This document shows positions 18,001 through 30,318 of a stretch of DNA of 64,000 nt, in pieces. Where the stretch lies: positions 12,462,001 to 12,526,000 of the forward strand of contig JBHGNT010000005.1 in the NCBI GenBank assembly GCA_043228905.1, in the 5' to 3' direction. Under the pieces are notes generated by a model. The model worked only from the letters and a program-made list of their open reading frames with translations. It made no database searches and was not told the DNA's origin. Every line of letters starts with the position of its first letter. Within the stretch, counting starts at the first letter, position 1. A program made the position numbers and the translations under genes. The DNA is from Azolla caroliniana. Lineage: Eukaryota; Plantae; Polypodiophyta.

Positions 18001-19891
18001 CGGTCAACCGATACAAGGCTCGGTTAGTAGCAAAAGGCTACGCGCAACAACACAACATCGATTACGATGAGACGTTTGTGCCGGTCGCGAAGATGACGAT
18101 CGTCCGTGTTTTGCTTGCGGTAGCTGCGGCGAAGGGGTGGCACTTACATCATATGGATGTAAAGAATGCGTTCTGCAAGATGAGCTTGAGGAACAAGTGT
18201 ACATGGTACAACCCCCTAGATTTCACTCCGGAACGAACACTTCGGCGGTATGCCGGTTGAAGAAGTTCCTTTACAGACTAAAGCAAGCCCCGCGTGCCTG
18301 GAACGTGAAGATCACGCAACAATTGCGTCGGATGGGATTTGCGACGTCCAAATCGGACTCTTCCTTGTTCATCCGGCAAGGTTGACTTGGGCCGGTTAGT
18401 ATTTTACTTTATGTTGATGACTTGGTCATCGCCGACATCGACCTAGATGAAATTGACCACGTAAAGCTCCAGCTTGCGGCATCATTTGATATGAAGGACC
18501 TGGGCAACCTTCATTACTTTCCTTGGATCCAAGTGATCCGAACCCTCGAAGGCATACTGATCAGCCAACGACATTACATGTTGAGTATGCTCTTCAAGTT
18601 CGGGATGGCAGACTATAAGTCCGTCTCAACTCCTCTCGACAGAACCGTGAAGCTTCACCCCGACTCCGGAAAGGTTTGCGACCCGAAAAGTTTCCGACAG
18701 ATTATCGGAAGCCTCATTTACTTGACTATCACCTGGTCGGACCTCAGTTACCCTGTCGGCTTGATTAGTCAATTCATGGCGTGGCCAACCGAGGAGCACC
18801 TTCAGTGCACGCAACACATACTTAGGTATGTCAGTGGCACTGAGGACTGGGGGCTACTATATCGGACTGGTACTGTTGCACAGCTAGTCGGCAATACAGA
18901 CGCCGATTGGGCCGGAAATGTCGGCGATCGCCGATCCACATCTGGATTCGCGTTCTCCCTTGGGAGCGTCACAATCACGTGGAGTAGCAAGAAGCAGCCG
19001 ACAGTTACACTGTCGAGCACAGAGGCCAAGTATTGAGGAGCGGCTATCGCAACTTGCGAAACCATATGGCTGAAGCGGCTACTTAAGGATCTGCAGGTGG
19101 AGGTGTCCAATCCGACGACGATCTACTGCGACAACCTCAGCAACATCCAACTTGCAAAGAACCCTGTCTTTCACGCCCGGACTAAGCACATTGAGGTGCA
19201 CTACCACTTTGTCCACGAGCGTGTCCTCTCTGGTGAAGTCGAACTTCAGTATGTTTTGACGGATCGGCAAAACACAGACATCTTCACCAAGCCCCTTGGT
19301 CTAGACAAGTTGCGGCAATTCTCGGGTGTGCTTGGGTTGTGGTACCTCGACGTGCCGAACTTGAGGGGGAGAAAAGTCCCGCAAGACCACGGAAAGGAGC
19401 AGGAAAGGAGCGGAAGTGACCACAACACCAAATCAGATGACAAATTCGATTTAGTGTCGGCTAAAGAAGCCAAAGGCGGATCCGCGGAAGAGTCTGGAAG
19501 CGGACAAGAGGGCAGCAGTCAAAAGAAAGAGCCGGAGCCAGCCAAACATGGGGGAGATGAAGCCAACAAGGGCGAGAAGGCCAAAATTGAGGACAAATTG
19601 CAGACAGCCAATTCAGACAAAAGCGGAGACGAATCAGAGGCAGCTGATTCGGCTTAGATATTTGATTTGGAGACGCCGAATCAACTGAAGGCCAAGCAGA
19701 AGAAAGGGAAGCAGAAGAGGTGCCAACACCATGACAGGAAGGGAGCTAGAAAATCTTGTACGAGCAAACAAACCGATCGTAAGGGTCGAGGCGCGCAGAA
19801 TCGAATAGGTCAAGGAGTGCAAGTGAGGCGTGAAGCCAAGAGAAACCAGAGTGAAGGACCGAAAGAGCCTCAAGTTGAGCTTGAGGGGGAG

Positions 19892-20265
19892 TGTTGAGAT
19901 ACAAGCTCAACATTGGCCAGATCGGTGCATAAACCGATGCGTAAACCGGTACGCAACAAGAGGCTGGATCGGTGCGGAAATTGGGAGGCCGTTGAACAGA
20001 TATTCCACGAGGGAATATATTTGGGAGTTAGTGTAGGAGCTCAGTTATGAGCATTGAAGTATGTGTTAGTACTTTTGTCTGTCCGTATGGACTTGTATAA
20101 AAGTGCTCCCTGAGCACATCCTATGTACAGAGTTTTACACATTATTTTGAATTGAGTTTTTCTGTGTGTTCATTCCCTCTCAGTCTCTCCCACGTACATT
20201 GTGTCTTAAGCTCTCCATTAAACATGTTCTTCTCTGTCGGTATTCTGTGTTTCGTATAGCTTCCG
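19892..20265 (+). repeat. Internal, 3'-truncated Copia LTR of a different subfamily
   Basis: Preceded by a PPT, diverges from the outer LTRs, fused directly to RT sequence (DGSVKRHKARL). Confidence 0.85.
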
Positions 20266-22143
20266 ATGGCTCTGTCAAACGCCACAAGGCCCGATTAGTG
20301 GTGAAAGGCTATGCGCAGAAGCACGGTGTGGATTACAACGAGACCTTCGCGTCGGTCGCGAAGATGACCACCGTGCGCGTTTTGTTGGCCATAACAGCGG
20401 CGAAGGGGTGCCATCTACATCATATGGATGTGAAGAATGTGTTCCTGCAAGGTGACCTTGAGGAGCAGGTATACATGGTACACCCCCCCCGGATTCTTAT
20501 CCGAACAGAACACTTCGGCAATGTGCCGATTGAAGAAGTCGTTATACGAACTTAAGCAAGCCCCGCGAACTTGGAATGTGAAGATTATGCAACGGTTGCA
20601 TAAGATGGCTTTTGTGCCATCGAAGTCAGGACTCTTCATTGTTCATTCGGCAAGGTCGACATGGACTGGTTTGTCTTTTACTTTATGTTGATGATTTAGT
20701 CATCGTTGGTGATGACCTGGATGAAATTGTCCGCGTAAAGTCTCAGCTTGCAGCATCATTCGACATGAAGGATCTTGCAGACCTTCATTACTTCCTTGGG
20801 ATCGAAGTGATCCGCACCCCCGAAGGCATATTGATCAGCCAGCGTCATTACGCGTTGAATATGCTCTTCAAGTTTGGGATGGTAGATTGTAAACCCATCT
20901 CGGCCCCTTTAGATAGAAACGTCAAGCTTCGCCGAGATTCGGGAAAGGCGTGCGACCCAACATGGTTCCGACAGATTGTCGGAAGCCTAATCTATTTGAT
21001 GATCACTTGGCCGGATCTCAACTACCCGGTTGGCCTAATCAGTCAATTTATATCGCAGCCCACGGCTGAACACTTTCAGTGCGCGCAAAGGATACTATGA
21101 TATGTCAGCGGCACTAAAGACATGACGTTGTTGTATCAGGCAAGCGTAGACGAACAGTTAGTTGGTTACACGGATGCCGATTGGACCGGAAATGCCAATG
21201 ATCGTAGATCCACATCCGGATACGTATTCTCAATGGGAAGTGTGGCGATTGCGTGGAGTAGTAAGAAGCAACCGACAGTAACATTGTCGAGCACGGAGGC
21301 CAAATATCGAGGGGCAACTGTTGCTACGTGTGAAGTCCTTTGGCTAAAACGGCTATTACGAGATCTGCATGTGGAGGTGTCCGCTCCAACGACGATCTAT
21401 TGCGACAACCTCAGCAACATCCAACTTGTGAAAAACCCCGTATTTCACGCTCAAACCAAGCACATTGAGGTGCATTACCATTTTGTCCGTGAGCGTGTCC
21501 TCTCTGGTGAAGTCGAACTAGCGTATGTTCCGACAAGTCGACAGATTGCCGATGTATTCTCAAATGCTCTTGGGTTGCACCACCTCGACACGTCGAACTT
21601 GAGGGGGAGACAAGAACATGAGAGTGATCTTGAAAGGAGCGGAAGTGATCATCGCAACGGAACTGATCACCGTGATTCCGAGTCGAATGAAGAGTTTGAT
21701 TTCAGGTCGGCTGAAGAAGCCGAAGATGAGTACATGGGCCGTAACCACGGGGAAGAGCCGAAGACAACCGAAAAAGGGGGCGATAAGGCTAAGACCAAGA
21801 CATGGTCTAACATTGTCAAAGGCCTAAAGACTGAAGACGAATTGGAGACACCAATTCAGGCATAAGCGGAAGTGAATCAAAAGTGACCGATTCAATCAAA
21901 ATGTTCGATTCGAACATGCTGAATCAATTGAGGGCCAAACAGAGGAAAGGGTAGCAAAAGAAGCGCCAGCACCAAGACAAAAAGGGAGCTGAGAAGGGCC
22001 ATGTGAGCAGACAAGTTGACTAGAAGGGTCAAGGCGCGCGGAATCAAACGAGTCGAGGAGCACGTGCAAGGCGTGAAGCCAAGAGAAGTTGGAGCGAAGA
22101 TCCAGAAGAGCAGGCAGAACCTCAAGTTGAGCTTGAGGGGGAG

Positions 22144-22574
22144 TGTTGAGATACAAGCTCAACATTGGGTGCGTAACCCAGTGCGTAGACTGGGTGCGTA
22201 AAACCATACGCACAAAGGCCGTAACAGTGCGTAAGCCGAGAGGTCGTTAGAGCGTTATTCCTCGTAAGGAATAATTTTGGGAGTTAGTGTAGGAGGCTCA
22301 TTAATGAGCATTGAAGTATGTGTCAGTACTCTAACAATACTTCTATCTATCCATAAAGACTTGTATAAAAAGCGCCGATTGAGCGCATCTTGTATAGAGT
22401 GACAGAGAGTTATTTTTTAATCTAAGTTTTGTGTGTTCTGCTCACTCTCTCTCTCATTCTCTGTCTCTTCTGCATACGTTGTGTTGTGTTCAAAGCTTTC
22501 CATTAAACCTTCTCTTCGTCCTATGTGTTACACGGTTGTGTCTGTTACGCTTCCACACACGTTATTCTTTTACA
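22144..22574 (+). repeat. Copia 3' LTR
   Basis: PPT upstream, TSD downstream. Confidence 0.93.
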
Positions 22575-23254
22575 AAGAGCATATTTGCTATTCGAGATAT
22601 AAAAAATGATTTGGAAGATAGGATGCAATACACTTGTCTCGTGATGCATGGATAAATGGGACCTTTTTCGCAATGCTAATGTATCATGACATGGGGAAAA
22701 CATGTTGGCTCAACGTCATACACTATACTACACATGTTGCACATAACCATAAAACCATATTCTTTACCAAATAAGGAAATCACACACATTGATACATGTT
22801 AGAGCCTATCTTATTGGCTACATTCAAACCACTACTTCCAATGACTTAGACGTAATTCACACTTGCTTTGATGGGGAATAATACATTGGGTCACATGTGA
22901 TAAGACTAGTCCACTATATAAACTTTGCCCTAAATAAATTCCAGAGTCTTAAGTATCATACTTTGATACAATGCTCTACCTTTGGATATGTTCAACTTTG
23001 CTTTCACACATCTTCGACATATCCCAATCCTTGAATAAATTTCTCCCATTGTGACATTCATTAGTAAAGTTCTTGAAAATTATGAGGTGTTACCCACTTT
23101 CACAAATTTTATACTCTCTCTCTCTCTCTCTCTCTTTTCAATCGTAATTAGCTTACCCTATTAGTAAGTTGTTACACTACAAGACACTATGTCATGGGTT
23201 TGAACCTCTCTATTATATACTCCGTACATATCTCTTAATTCACTAGATGCCACT

Positions 23255-23325
23255 TGGAATGTAGGGTTTAAACCCATGACCACCTGGTCTCCATTGGGCA
23301 ACCTTACCAACTAAACTACATCCAT
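23255..23325 (-). repeat. tRNA-derived (SINE-like) fragment
   Basis: Minus strand reads GGATGTAGTTTAGTTGGTAAGGTTG...GGTCATGGGTTTAAACCCTACATTCCA, with A/B-box-like spacing; homologous to 40343..40410. Confidence 0.6.
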
Positions 23326-23808
23326 CTGGGCTCTCTCTCTCTCTCTCACACTCATAACAAGATCTATGATATGATCCAAGAAGTTTAGTTCTATAATCAG
23401 CTACAGCTAATAGGTTTCAGAGGTATTCTTCTCATAGGTTTTCGTCCTACAATGGCAACCACTCGTAAGGAGGCCACAAAGTCCCGGAAAATGATCGATA
23501 ATGAGCCACAATTTTTACTGTCAATGCAATAAACTCAATCACGATGGACAAATTGCTTAGAAGTCACTTGATTTCTCTTCAAGACACCATAAAGAAGCAA
23601 GTTGAAGAGATTAGGACACTAATGAAAGAGAATGTTAATCTCCAAATTGTTGTCATTAGGAATGAAAGTCTTAAGAAAATAATTGCAAAACATGGAGATG
23701 AGATTCAAGAATGTAAGAGAACTTCTTTCGAAATAAATGAGTGCCTTAACAAGATTGAGTTAGAGGAAGCATTAAAAGAAGAAAAGTTGGAAACGATGAG
23801 GCGGAATT

Positions 23809-24226
23809 TGTTACCGGCCGGCAAGGAGTCCAAAATACGGAGTGAAGGAATTAATTAGATGGTTGTAAATGAGCATAGTGTGGACGGACGGACTGGAAAC
23901 GGTATGCCGTTCCAGATCCGGACGGATCCCGAATAGGTGCGAGAGGCACCGTTTTGTACTACGGGCCGGAAACCTATTTAAAGGCCCGGACCCCATTGTA
24001 ATGACAGCGGATAATTAATAGAGCTTATGATGTTTGTACTTCTGTCTTGATTTCCGTTCTGTAATCACTGTTATATCTTACGCGTGTAATTAACCGAAGC
24101 ATTCTAATCGTGTAACCTATGTAAGTCGGTGTAATCGTTGAATATTAATCCTATGCCGTAATCACCCTTTGGTGAAGTGTCTCCGTGACACCTTGTGTTA
24201 GGCCTTGTCCGGCTAAGAGAATAACA
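23809..24226 (+). repeat. 5' LTR
   Basis: TGTTA...TAACA, matches 33260-33677. Confidence 0.97.
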
Positions 24227-24232
24227 CAGTTT

Positions 24233-24244
24233 TGGCGACCACGA
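24233..24244 (+). promoter_or_regulatory. Primer binding site, probably tRNA-Arg
   Basis: TGGCGACCACGA, 6 nt after the LTR; complementary to a ...GTGGTCGCCA tRNA 3' end. Confidence 0.7.
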
Positions 24245-24277
24245 TTCCTGCTTTCTCGCAGCGAACGACGGTAATGG

Positions 24278-27200
24278 ATGACTAGACCAACGCACGACTT
24301 GGGTACAGACCGAGCTCGACGCCTCGCCGAACGGCAAAGACGGCGTGAGACTTTCCAGCAAGCAGCGCAGGAAATTCGCTCGGATCGTTCGTTCTCCAAC
24401 GAGATCCGGAGAGTCGCGGAGGAATCTCTTCGGTTACGGCAAACTCGCGACCAGGACGACGGAAGCAGTCTAAGTAGTCTCCGGGAAACCGAACGCCTGC
24501 TAGAGGCGCTGGCAAGCGGAGAAAACGAGGCAGAAGCCTTTTCAGCCTACGAATCGGATTCCGAAGGGGGATACAGCGTGCACACGAACTACCGGAGCAG
24601 CAACGATACCCCCGGCGGCCCGGAGGACGACGGGTCGGATACCGTGCCGACTCCAGAACCGGAACCGCTCAACCAGGGCTATCCGGAACCACAAACGGAA
24701 GCCGTCAACCCACCAACACCGGAAGTGGAAGAAGCAACGCCACCAACACCAACGAAAGAGCCGGCAAAGGTACCGGAAGAAGAGCCGGTGAAGGAACCGG
24801 AAAAAGAACCGGAAAAAGCACCGGAAGTGGAACCGGAGAGAAAACCGGAAAGATATCAACGAACGCCACTGAACCGCGGCCTAATACTGGACGACGACAT
24901 GCCGTTCCAATACTCAAAGTATCGCGATGATCCGGACGCGGAAGCGCATGTTGATGACTTCGAGCAGACATGGGAAGCAAATCACACGTCCCAGCGAATG
25001 ACACCGGAGGAAGAAGAACGCTCGAAGATAGCGGAATTCGGAGTCACGTTGGAGGGACCAGCGACACGATGGCGGCGGTCGCAGGACCCGGCGACCATCA
25101 CAACATTTGCAGAATTAAAAGCAAAATTCTTGCATTTTTTCCACAAGGAGGTCGACCAGACGACAATGGTGGGCCTGTTTTATACGATCCGGCAGGAGGC
25201 AGGGGAAAGCATTCCCCAATTCGTCATCCGTTTCCAACGAATGCATAGCCAGCTTGCCCGTGCACCTCCGGAGGAGGAATTACGGACGATATTTTTAAAC
25301 GGACTCCGGGAACCGTTACGCACGGTGTGTACGGTGATCGACTTTCGAGGATGCACCATCGATCAGGTCATTGACCGGGTCAGAGAGATGGAAAAGACAA
25401 GCTCATGGCTTACGCTGGGAACACTGCAACGGGCGTTACCCACCGAGGAAGATCTCCGGTTCCGACAGGCAATTCAATGCACAATCTGCTTGAATGCCGG
25501 ACACTCGGCAGTAGAGTGCACCATGCGCACTCAGTGTGTGATTTGTCAATCCAAGAGTCATACAACGGACCGGTGCGAGTACAACTTGTTAAATCGACAA
25601 GCACCACCCGTCCGACGGATCGAGCCAAGAAACAGCCAAGACGAAGATGAAGATCGTTGGCAAAAAATGAACCGGTACCGACCGGCACAGGATGTCCGGT
25701 ACGGCGACAGGCAAGAGAATGATGGCCGGTACGGGAATCGGCGTGATAACTACGACCGGTATGAGCGATCGGACCGTTATCGGGAACCCAACAGGCGACA
25801 CGAGCAATACGACAGAGACCATTCCCCTGGTTACCGAAGGCACCAGGAGGACTACAGCCGATTTTACGATCCACCACGACCGGACTACCGAAATAAACAT
25901 AAGAATAATAAGAAACGTAATTTCAAGAAAGGTGGTCACCCTAGGGACCCGGAACATGGAACCCCAAGGAGCCAACCGGCACAGAACGCACCACTCGCTA
26001 CGGGACCGGCGCCGGCTACCAGCAATGCTGAATCCAGCAATACCCGTAAAGAGTACTGCTACTACTGCAGGCAGGAAGGCCACTACAGTAACCAGTGCCC
26101 GGTAAAGAGCTACGAGAAACGACCAGCAGTTAATATGGTGGTTCCGGAAGTGACGGATGTACAGCAAGTAACCACACGGTCGAAAGGCATGGCCAAAGAG
26201 TGGGAAACACAAGAGGCCATACGAAAGCAGGCGACGGAATGGGTGAAGGAAGCCAATGAAAAGAACGTCACGGACGCGGAACGGCAAAAGGCAAATACCA
26301 TAGGGAGTGCCGGCGGTAGCCACCCAGACAACGAGACATGGCAGGCACTGCAAGAATGTCAGATCACGTTGCCGTTAGGAAGACTCTTGCAGCTCGTGCC
26401 GCGATTTACGGAAGGGCTAAAAACGGGCATGACAGACGGCATAGCCCCACCGGCACCAGTCCTCTTCTCGAACCCGGAGGAGGGACCGACAGTGGTGGAC
26501 ACTAGTAGCCCGGTGATCACAGCTATTGTCAAAGGGCATGAACTTCCCGGCACAGTAATCGATGGAGGTTCCGGAGTGAACGTAATAAGCCTCCGCACAT
26601 GTGATGCCTTGGGTATACATGAATGGGAGCCATGTCCGTTCTGGCTATGGATGGCGGATACGAGCTCGGTACGGCCGACGGGCTTAATACGGAAATTGGA
26701 AGTCACCATAGGAGGTCACACATTTCACATCTCGGCTGTAGTGCTGCAGCTACAGGCGCAAGGCGCGTACCCTCTATTGCTGGGCAGACCATGGTTGAAA
26801 ACAGCACACATCAAGCAAAATTGGCGGAAAAATATGATTACCTTCCGGCGCGGGAAAGCCAAGGTCCGGGTACCGACACAACCACGGACGAGCAACGGTA
26901 AGGAATGCACACCGCTGTACGCGGAATGCGTGAACATGCTTGAAGGGTTGGCAGACGACGAAGAAGCTCAGTACTTGGAGGAACACCCAAAGATCGTGCC
27001 ACTCTTCGAAATCGACGTAGCTGAAGCCGTAGCCCCATACTTGCCGCAGCGGGACGACACCGAAGCCGAACCAGACAAAGATGCGATTCGGGAGTTACGG
27101 CAAGCACAGGAAGCATTGGAACGGGAAATGGCCGTTTCCCAACGGGTAAAAGCATCCCAGCTCGACGAAGTGAACCTAGGAAGCAAGGACGAATCAAAGC

Positions 27201-30142
27201 CGGTACACATCGCCAAAGAAATGAAGCCAGAAGATAAAGCGGCGATGATCAAACTTCTCACGGAGTTTCGTGACGTATTCGCCTGGTCATACGAAGACAT
27301 GCGAGGGCTGGACCCTCAATTATATCAGCATCAGATCCACCTAGGCAAGGACGCGAAACCAGTGGCACAACGACGTTACCGAATGAACCCCAACTACGCC
27401 GCCAAAGTGAAGGAGGAAATCGACAAACTCCTAAGAGTGGGCTTCATCCGGCCGGTAAAGAAAGCGACGTGGCTGAGCCCCATCGTCGTCGTCCCCAAGA
27501 AGAACGGTAAAATCCGTGTGTGTGTTGATTACAGGAAACTAAATGCCGCCACAATTACGGATGCATTCCCTCTTCCGTTCACGGACGGAGTACTGGATGC
27601 CGTCGCCGGTCATGAAGTTTATAGCTTTCTAGACGGGTTCAGCGGGTACAATCAAATTCGGATGCACCCGGACGACCAGGAGAAGACAGCGTTCGTCACC
27701 GAATGGGGGGTGTTTGTGGCCGAAGTCATGATGTTCGGCCTAAAAACGGCACCAGCAACTTTCCAGCGAATCATCATGGAGATCTTCGGCGAATACATTC
27801 CTGCCTTCATGCAAGTGTTCCTGGATGATTTTGCAGTCTATAGTCGGGGAAAAGACCATTTGCAGCACCTACGGTTATGCCTTGAAAAGTGTAGGTTATA
27901 CCGGCTAAGCTTAAACCCAGCAAAATGCATCTTTGGAGTTTCAAGTGGAATATTGCTGGGACACATTGTAAGTAAGGAGGGCATTGCGGTCGACCCGGAC
28001 AAAGTAAACGCCATATTAGGGGCACCGGCGCCGAAAACGGCCAAAGCACTAAGCCGATTCTTAGGACAGATCCGGTGGCACAGCCGGATGCTCCGTCACT
28101 TGGCGGACTTGGCTACACCATTACATACCGCGGTACATCGGACACCGTTCCAATGGACGGATACGGAGGATAAGGCATACAATGCCCTGAAGGTACTTTT
28201 ATCGCAAGCACCCGTCGTGCAGCCTCCGGATTGGAGCAAGGAATTTCACGTGTTCGTGGACGCGTCCGACATCGTTATTGGCAGCGCCTTAATGCAGCTT
28301 ACGGAGCCCAAATGGTACCGGCCGGTATATTACGCCAGCCGGAAGCTGTCCCAAGCGGAGAAGAACTATTCAACGACGGAACGGGAGGCCCTGGGCATGA
28401 TCTACAGTGTAACAAAGTTTCGGCATTACCTATTGGGAAGGAAGTTCTCCTTTCATGTGGACCACTCGGCGCTCCTGTACTTAGTATCCAAGGCGTCCCT
28501 GACCGGTAAGTTGGCCCGTTGGACCTTACTGTTGCAGGAGTTCGAATTCGAGATTTTCCACCGGCCCGGTATCCAGCATGCCGTAGCAGACTATCTAAGC
28601 CGATTAGAGTCCGGAGAACCAGGCGACGGAGTAGCGGATGAATTCCCGGACGCAGAGTTATTCCGTATCACCCCGGAAACGGCAGCAGACGACACGGTGG
28701 TAGCAGAAGATAGGTGGCTGACGAACATGCACCAGTTCCTAAGCACGGGCCTGCCACCGGAGGAAATGAACCGGGACGAGAGGAAACGACTGGCGGTGCA
28801 GAGCCGCAATTTCTGTCTCTTACGGGACACTCTCTACCACAAGGGAGCAGATGGAATATGGAGACGGGCAGTCCGTAGTGACGAGAAAGAAGTAATCTTA
28901 CGGGAAGCACACTGTGGGGTCGCCGGAGGACACTATGCCGGGGAAGCGACGGCAAGAAAGGTATGGCAGAGCGGCTTGTGGTGGCCCACGACGTTAAAAG
29001 ACGCCGTCAAGTATGCTAAGGAATGTGACCTATGCCAACGAATGGGCCAGCCTACGGAGCAAGCACGGATGCCACACCAACCGGTACTTCCACTAGAGCC
29101 ATTACAAAAGTGGGGGTTGGATTTTGTCGGACCGTTCAAGCCACCGGCAATGAGAACGGGTAATCGTTATGTCATCGTGGCAACAGATTATTGCACTAAA
29201 TGGGTGGAGGCTAAGGCCCTGAGAGACAACACCGCGTTATCCACAGCAAAATTCCTGTACGAAAACATTTGGTGCCGGTATGGATGTCCGATTGAATTAA
29301 TCAGCGACCAAGGAGGGCATTTCCTCGGCCAGGTAGTGGAAAGCTTAACAACGTTCTATGCCGTGGTTCATAAACGGAGCACACCGTACTACCCACAGGC
29401 GAACGGGCTAGCGGAGTCCACCAACAAAACGCTGCAGAACATTCTCCGCAAAATCGTCAACGAAAACCGGACGGACTGGGATACAAAGCTCCATAGCGCG
29501 CTATGGGCGTACAGAACGGCATTCAAAACAAGTATCCGGACAACGCCGTTCCGGTTAGCATTCGGCTTAGAAGCGGTCATGCCGGTCGAGTTTCAGGTAC
29601 CAAGCTTACGGATCCAACTACGGGAACGGCTGAATGAAAAGAAGTCGGAGGAAATGCGGCTGGCAGCACTATGCGAACTAGAGGAGCAACGGCTGGCCAG
29701 CATCCTACACATGGAACTGGAGCAACGACGACGGAAAGCGTTCGTTGACCGTCACCGGAAAGGTAATGAGAAGATGTTCGACATTGGAAAGCCGGTGCTA
29801 GTATTCCAAACGAGGATGGGCAAGATGCCGGGCAAACTCCGATTCAGATGGACAGGCCCGTATTGGCTGACACGGGAATACAACGGGTCCTATCAGATAG
29901 GGACACTTGCCGGGGAAGTACTAGGCAAGTGGGTGAATGGATTTCGACTAAAGCCCTATAAAGGACCGATGCCAAAGAACCCGTTTATGCAGCTCACCGG
30001 CACTACACCAGGAACCTGTCCGGGATCGGTACGGATCGATCCGGAAGAAAAAGACGACGGGGAACCCGTAGTAGTGACGAAGGAAGACACGGCAACCCGT
30101 AAGGAAAACGGTCAGGGTCCGAAGGGACTTACGGATGTGTAA
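24278..30142 (+). CDS. Gag-Pol polyprotein (gag, 3 CCHC knuckles, protease, RT, RNase H, integrase), 1954 aa
   Basis: IDGGSGVN protease, VFLDDF RT, VDAS...YYASRKL RNase H, HHCC plus DFVGP/ISDQG integrase, WTGPY motif. Confidence 0.97.
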   Translation: MTRPTHDLGTDRARRLAERQRRRETFQQAAQEIRSDRSFSNEIRRVAEESLRLRQTRDQDDGSSLSSLRETERLLEALASGENEAEAFSAYESDSEGGYSVHTNYRSSNDTPGGPEDDGSDTVPTPEPEPLNQGYPEPQTEAVNPPTPEVEEATPPTPTKEPAKVPEEEPVKEPEKEPEKAPEVEPERKPERYQRTPLNRGLILDDDMPFQYSKYRDDPDAEAHVDDFEQTWEANHTSQRMTPEEEERSKIAEFGVTLEGPATRWRRSQDPATITTFAELKAKFLHFFHKEVDQTTMVGLFYTIRQEAGESIPQFVIRFQRMHSQLARAPPEEELRTIFLNGLREPLRTVCTVIDFRGCTIDQVIDRVREMEKTSSWLTLGTLQRALPTEEDLRFRQAIQCTICLNAGHSAVECTMRTQCVICQSKSHTTDRCEYNLLNRQAPPVRRIEPRNSQDEDEDRWQKMNRYRPAQDVRYGDRQENDGRYGNRRDNYDRYERSDRYREPNRRHEQYDRDHSPGYRRHQEDYSRFYDPPRPDYRNKHKNNKKRNFKKGGHPRDPEHGTPRSQPAQNAPLATGPAPATSNAESSNTRKEYCYYCRQEGHYSNQCPVKSYEKRPAVNMVVPEVTDVQQVTTRSKGMAKEWETQEAIRKQATEWVKEANEKNVTDAERQKANTIGSAGGSHPDNETWQALQECQITLPLGRLLQLVPRFTEGLKTGMTDGIAPPAPVLFSNPEEGPTVVDTSSPVITAIVKGHELPGTVIDGGSGVNVISLRTCDALGIHEWEPCPFWLWMADTSSVRPTGLIRKLEVTIGGHTFHISAVVLQLQAQGAYPLLLGRPWLKTAHIKQNWRKNMITFRRGKAKVRVPTQPRTSNGKECTPLYAECVNMLEGLADDEEAQYLEEHPKIVPLFEIDVAEAVAPYLPQRDDTEAEPDKDAIRELRQAQEALEREMAVSQRVKASQLDEVNLGSKDESKPVHIAKEMKPEDKAAMIKLLTEFRDVFAWSYEDMRGLDPQLYQHQIHLGKDAKPVAQRRYRMNPNYAAKVKEEIDKLLRVGFIRPVKKATWLSPIVVVPKKNGKIRVCVDYRKLNAATITDAFPLPFTDGVLDAVAGHEVYSFLDGFSGYNQIRMHPDDQEKTAFVTEWGVFVAEVMMFGLKTAPATFQRIIMEIFGEYIPAFMQVFLDDFAVYSRGKDHLQHLRLCLEKCRLYRLSLNPAKCIFGVSSGILLGHIVSKEGIAVDPDKVNAILGAPAPKTAKALSRFLGQIRWHSRMLRHLADLATPLHTAVHRTPFQWTDTEDKAYNALKVLLSQAPVVQPPDWSKEFHVFVDASDIVIGSALMQLTEPKWYRPVYYASRKLSQAEKNYSTTEREALGMIYSVTKFRHYLLGRKFSFHVDHSALLYLVSKASLTGKLARWTLLLQEFEFEIFHRPGIQHAVADYLSRLESGEPGDGVADEFPDAELFRITPETAADDTVVAEDRWLTNMHQFLSTGLPPEEMNRDERKRLAVQSRNFCLLRDTLYHKGADGIWRRAVRSDEKEVILREAHCGVAGGHYAGEATARKVWQSGLWWPTTLKDAVKYAKECDLCQRMGQPTEQARMPHQPVLPLEPLQKWGLDFVGPFKPPAMRTGNRYVIVATDYCTKWVEAKALRDNTALSTAKFLYENIWCRYGCPIELISDQGGHFLGQVVESLTTFYAVVHKRSTPYYPQANGLAESTNKTLQNILRKIVNENRTDWDTKLHSALWAYRTAFKTSIRTTPFRLAFGLEAVMPVEFQVPSLRIQLRERLNEKKSEEMRLAALCELEEQRLASILHMELEQRRRKAFVDRHRKGNEKMFDIGKPVLVFQTRMGKMPGKLRFRWTGPYWLTREYNGSYQIGTLAGEVLGKWVNGFRLKPYKGPMPKNPFMQLTGTTPGTCPGSVRIDPEEKDDGEPVVVTKEDTATRKENGQGPKGLTDV

Positions 30143-30155
30143 GGTCACACACCGT

Positions 30156-30197
<42 letters not shown>

Positions 30198-30318
30198 TCA
30201 CACACCGTCATTAAAAATCGAGGTATGAACGGGTGTGAAAGCAAGGCGCGAAAAGGTACGTAGTGGGCATTTAAGAGACGCCACGCTACTTAATACTAAA
30301 TTGGTACACGACGTGGGC

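Larger units (their letters stand above)
14639..22574 (+). mobile_element. Composite three-LTR Ty1/Copia element, degenerate, TSD AAGAG
   Basis: LTR 14639-15086, PBS, gag-PR-IN-RT-RH to 19891, internal LTR 19892-~20265, second RT-RH block to 22143, LTR 22144-22574. AAGAG at 14634-14638 and 22575-22579. Confidence 0.92.
14060..23100 (+). mobile_element. Old LINE ORF2 3' remnant (14060..14638 and 22575..~23100), split by the composite Copia
   Basis: ORF 14084..14290 resembles the post-YADD RT segment of the intact LINE at 52414 (LEEFC...LHVN vs LDDFC...LVVN). Boundaries approximate. Confidence 0.6.
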
